The notes beneath the pieces were generated by a model. The model ran no database searches. It had not been told where the DNA came from and worked only from the letters and a program-made list of their open reading frames with translations. Shown here one piece after another: positions 61,838 through 64,000 of a DNA stretch of 64,000 bases. Every line of letters starts with the position of its first letter. Position 1 is the first letter of the stretch. The translations under genes were made by a program, and so were the position numbers. Source of the stretch: an uncultured Rivularia sp. (GTDB lineage Bacteria > Cyanobacteriota > Cyanobacteriia > Cyanobacteriales > Nostocaceae); the NCBI GenBank assembly GCA_963665115.1, contig OY762007.1, positions 4,608,001-4,672,000 on the forward strand. The letters run 5' to 3'.

Positions 61838-62428
61838 ATGGCGATCGCCACAGAAAACTCACCAGCGCAACATGAAGAACACGCCGATTTACGAGTTATA
61901 GGATTAATAACTTTCCTAATCTCGGAATCCTTAATGTTTGGTGGATTCTTTGCTACCTATTTGTTCTATCGAGGAACCACTGCAACTTGGCCCCCCGAAG
62001 GAACAGAAGTAGAGTTATTGTTGCCAACCATCAACACCATCATTCTAGTGTCAAGCAGTTTCGTCATTCACTTCGGCGATTCAGCGATTAAAAAGAATGA
62101 TGTCAAAGGAATGCGAAAATGGTACAAAATTACCGCATTCATGGGAATTATTTTCTTGCTAGGTCAAGTTTACGAGTATCTGACATTAGGATACGGAATG
62201 ACTAGCAACTTATTCTCCAACTGTTTTTACCTGATGACAGGATTCCACGGCTTACACGTATTCATCGGAGTCTTGTTAATTTTAGGTGTATTGTGGCGTT
62301 CCCGTCGCACCGGACATTACAGCGAACACAAACATACCGGAATCGAGATGGCAGAAATCTACTGGCACTTTGTAGATATCATCTGGATTGTACTCTTCAC
62401 GCTGCTTTATATTCTTACTAAATTTTGA
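61838..62428 (+). CDS. coxC: Cytochrome c oxidase subunit III
   Basis: FLISESLMFGGFF, NTIILVSSS, TGFHGLHV, YWHFVDIIW. Confidence 0.95.
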   Translation: MAIATENSPAQHEEHADLRVIGLITFLISESLMFGGFFATYLFYRGTTATWPPEGTEVELLLPTINTIILVSSSFVIHFGDSAIKKNDVKGMRKWYKITAFMGIIFLLGQVYEYLTLGYGMTSNLFSNCFYLMTGFHGLHVFIGVLLILGVLWRSRRTGHYSEHKHTGIEMAEIYWHFVDIIWIVLFTLLYILTKF

Positions 62429-62562
62429 AGAATTGGGAATTGGGGATTGCGAATTGGGCATTGGGCATAGCTCACGGAGTTAGGAGTGAGGAATTGACAT
62501 TTCCCCTTGTCCCTTTGTCCCCCCCCTCTACCCCCTCTACCCCCTCTCCTTAAATCAAAACT

Positions 62563-63045
62563 ATGCAAAACACAGACGAATTCTCCTGGTACGAGGTACC
62601 CGAAGATGTCAAGCAGTTATTAGTATTAGCGGCAGATAATTGGGAAAATACCTCAGAGTCCGAAAAATACATTAATCAAGCTTTAGCTAAAACGGGAAAT
62701 AATTTAGACGTTTTAATCTCAGCTTATAGATATTTTTATTACAAACAGAATTATCAAATGGCGCTGGAAACAGCAGAAAAAGTTCAAAATGAAGTTAAAC
62801 AAACAGAAAAATTACCCGATGATTGGGAAAAACTAAAACCAGTATTAATTAAACGTAAAGAAGAACAAATTATCCGACTATATTTGAATTCTTATGCTGC
62901 AACGGGTCTAATTTTCGCTATATTAGGAAAAGAACAAGAAGCCAAAGAAATATGTCATAAAGTCAAAGAGATAGACGACAAAAATGACTTTGGCGCAGGA
63001 ATATTGTTTGATGTTTTAACACGTCCTCCAGAAGAAGATGACTAA
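62563..63045 (+). CDS. TPR-like hypothetical protein, paralog 1
   Basis: FSWYEVPEDVKQLL...AYRYFYYKQ. Confidence 0.8.
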   Translation: MQNTDEFSWYEVPEDVKQLLVLAADNWENTSESEKYINQALAKTGNNLDVLISAYRYFYYKQNYQMALETAEKVQNEVKQTEKLPDDWEKLKPVLIKRKEEQIIRLYLNSYAATGLIFAILGKEQEAKEICHKVKEIDDKNDFGAGILFDVLTRPPEEDD

Positions 63046-63141
63046 TATCCTCATTGGATTTTATCTTTAATCCAAAATCTTCTTATTCCCTTGTTCACTT
63101 CATTTACTCACTTCATCACTTCATCAAAGAAAGTCAAAACT

Positions 63142-63621
63142 ATGTCACAGATAGAACAATTCACTTGGTACGACGTACCCGAAGATATCAAGCAGCTATT
63201 AATAAAAGCAGCGGACAATTCGGACAATACTTCAGAGTGCGAAAAATACATCAGTCAAGCTTTAGCTAAAACGGACAATGAACTAGATGTTTTAATAGCA
63301 GCCTATAGATATTTTTATTACAAGCAAAAATACCAAATGGCGCTAGAAACAGCACAGAAAGTTCAAGAGAAAGCTAAAGAAATCGCAAAATTGCCCGATG
63401 GCTGGGAAGATCAAAAGCCAATATTATTTCAGCGTGAAGAAGAACAAATTATCCAAGTATATGTAAATGCTTATTCTGCCACAGGAATAATTTTCGCTGC
63501 ACTAGGAGAAGCAGAAAAAGCCCAAGAAATATCCGATAAAGTCAAAGACGTAGATAGAGCAAATGTCTTTACCGCAGGTATATTGGCTGATATTTCAGAA
63601 CTAGGTACTTTCAAGCAATAA
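63142..63621 (+). CDS. TPR-like hypothetical protein, paralog 2 (tandem duplicate)
   Basis: FTWYDVPEDIKQLL...AYRYFYYKQ. ATG at 63142 aligns with the start of paralog 1. Confidence 0.8.
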   Translation: MSQIEQFTWYDVPEDIKQLLIKAADNSDNTSECEKYISQALAKTDNELDVLIAAYRYFYYKQKYQMALETAQKVQEKAKEIAKLPDGWEDQKPILFQREEEQIIQVYVNAYSATGIIFAALGEAEKAQEISDKVKDVDRANVFTAGILADISELGTFKQ

Positions 63622-63861
63622 AATATCTAGAGGAAGGGTTCCGCTCCGAAGGCGGAACTCCCACCACTCACTTGTTTCTCCGAAATGTATCTGATAAAAC
63701 CCGATATTTTATTTTTTGGATCTCTCTAACGTCAGAAAAGGACAATGAAGAGTTAGGAGTTAGGAGTTAGGAGTTAGGAGTTAAGAGTTAATAATTAATA
63801 ATAAAGATGAATTTATACATTTAATTTTATTCACTGTTCACTGATAACTGTTAACCGATCT

Positions 63862-64000
63862 ATGGAAGGTAAAGACTGGCTTGTAACAGCAGATGGTAAA
63901 TATCAAGTTTGTAAATCTGTAAGAGCATGGGATTTGATTACTGAAAATTATCGGCTTTATCGCTTTCTTACGGAATTAGAAGATATTCTTAAAAAACAAT
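63862..64000 (+). CDS. Probable cupin/cysteine-dioxygenase-like protein (5' part; runs off window end)
   Basis: Manual translation MEGKDWLVTADGKYQVCKSVRAWDLITENYRLYRFLTELEDILKKQ resembles the N-terminus of proteins found beside cyanobacterial cox2/nif genes. Confidence 0.55.
   Translation, partial: MEGKDWLVTADGKYQVCKSVRAWDLITENYRLYRFLTELEDILKKQ

Overview
AT-rich window from a heterocyst-forming (Nostocales-type) cyanobacterium, judged from frequent HIP1 (GCGATCGC) sites, heptamer STRR tracts and a cnfR/patB gene divergent from a coxBAC operon. Most of it is ordinary metabolic and regulatory genes: tatC (partial), an ATPase plus NTPase-WD40 pair, a lytic transglycosylase, yebC, uppS, a paoABC-like molybdoenzyme, DUF5682/VWA and others. 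The main result is that coxA (cytochrome c oxidase subunit I) is split at the CuB-ligand His-His codons by a 1,778-bp element. The element is bounded by a perfect 15-bp direct repeat (GGTTCATCATATGTT, 58971-58985 and 60749-60763) and encodes only an XisA/XisC-like tyrosine recombinase. Precise excision would restore ...VWVHHMFTSGTPGW.... The element arms carry three phased TGT-N9-ACA (NtcA-like) boxes and three copies of a 22-bp motif resembling integrase arm sites, consistent with developmentally programmed excision (inference, not shown). Secondary findings are a RAYT/TnpA(REP) gene flanked by inverted GTAG-REP arrays with nested 25-nt mini-insertions, two decayed toxin-antitoxin loci between partial gene duplications, and MITE-like elements. 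Seven +1 C/G frameshifts in short G/C runs look like systematic sequencing errors rather than pseudogenes. No CRISPR array, rRNA or tRNA was recognised. All family assignments come from motif recognition, not database searches.
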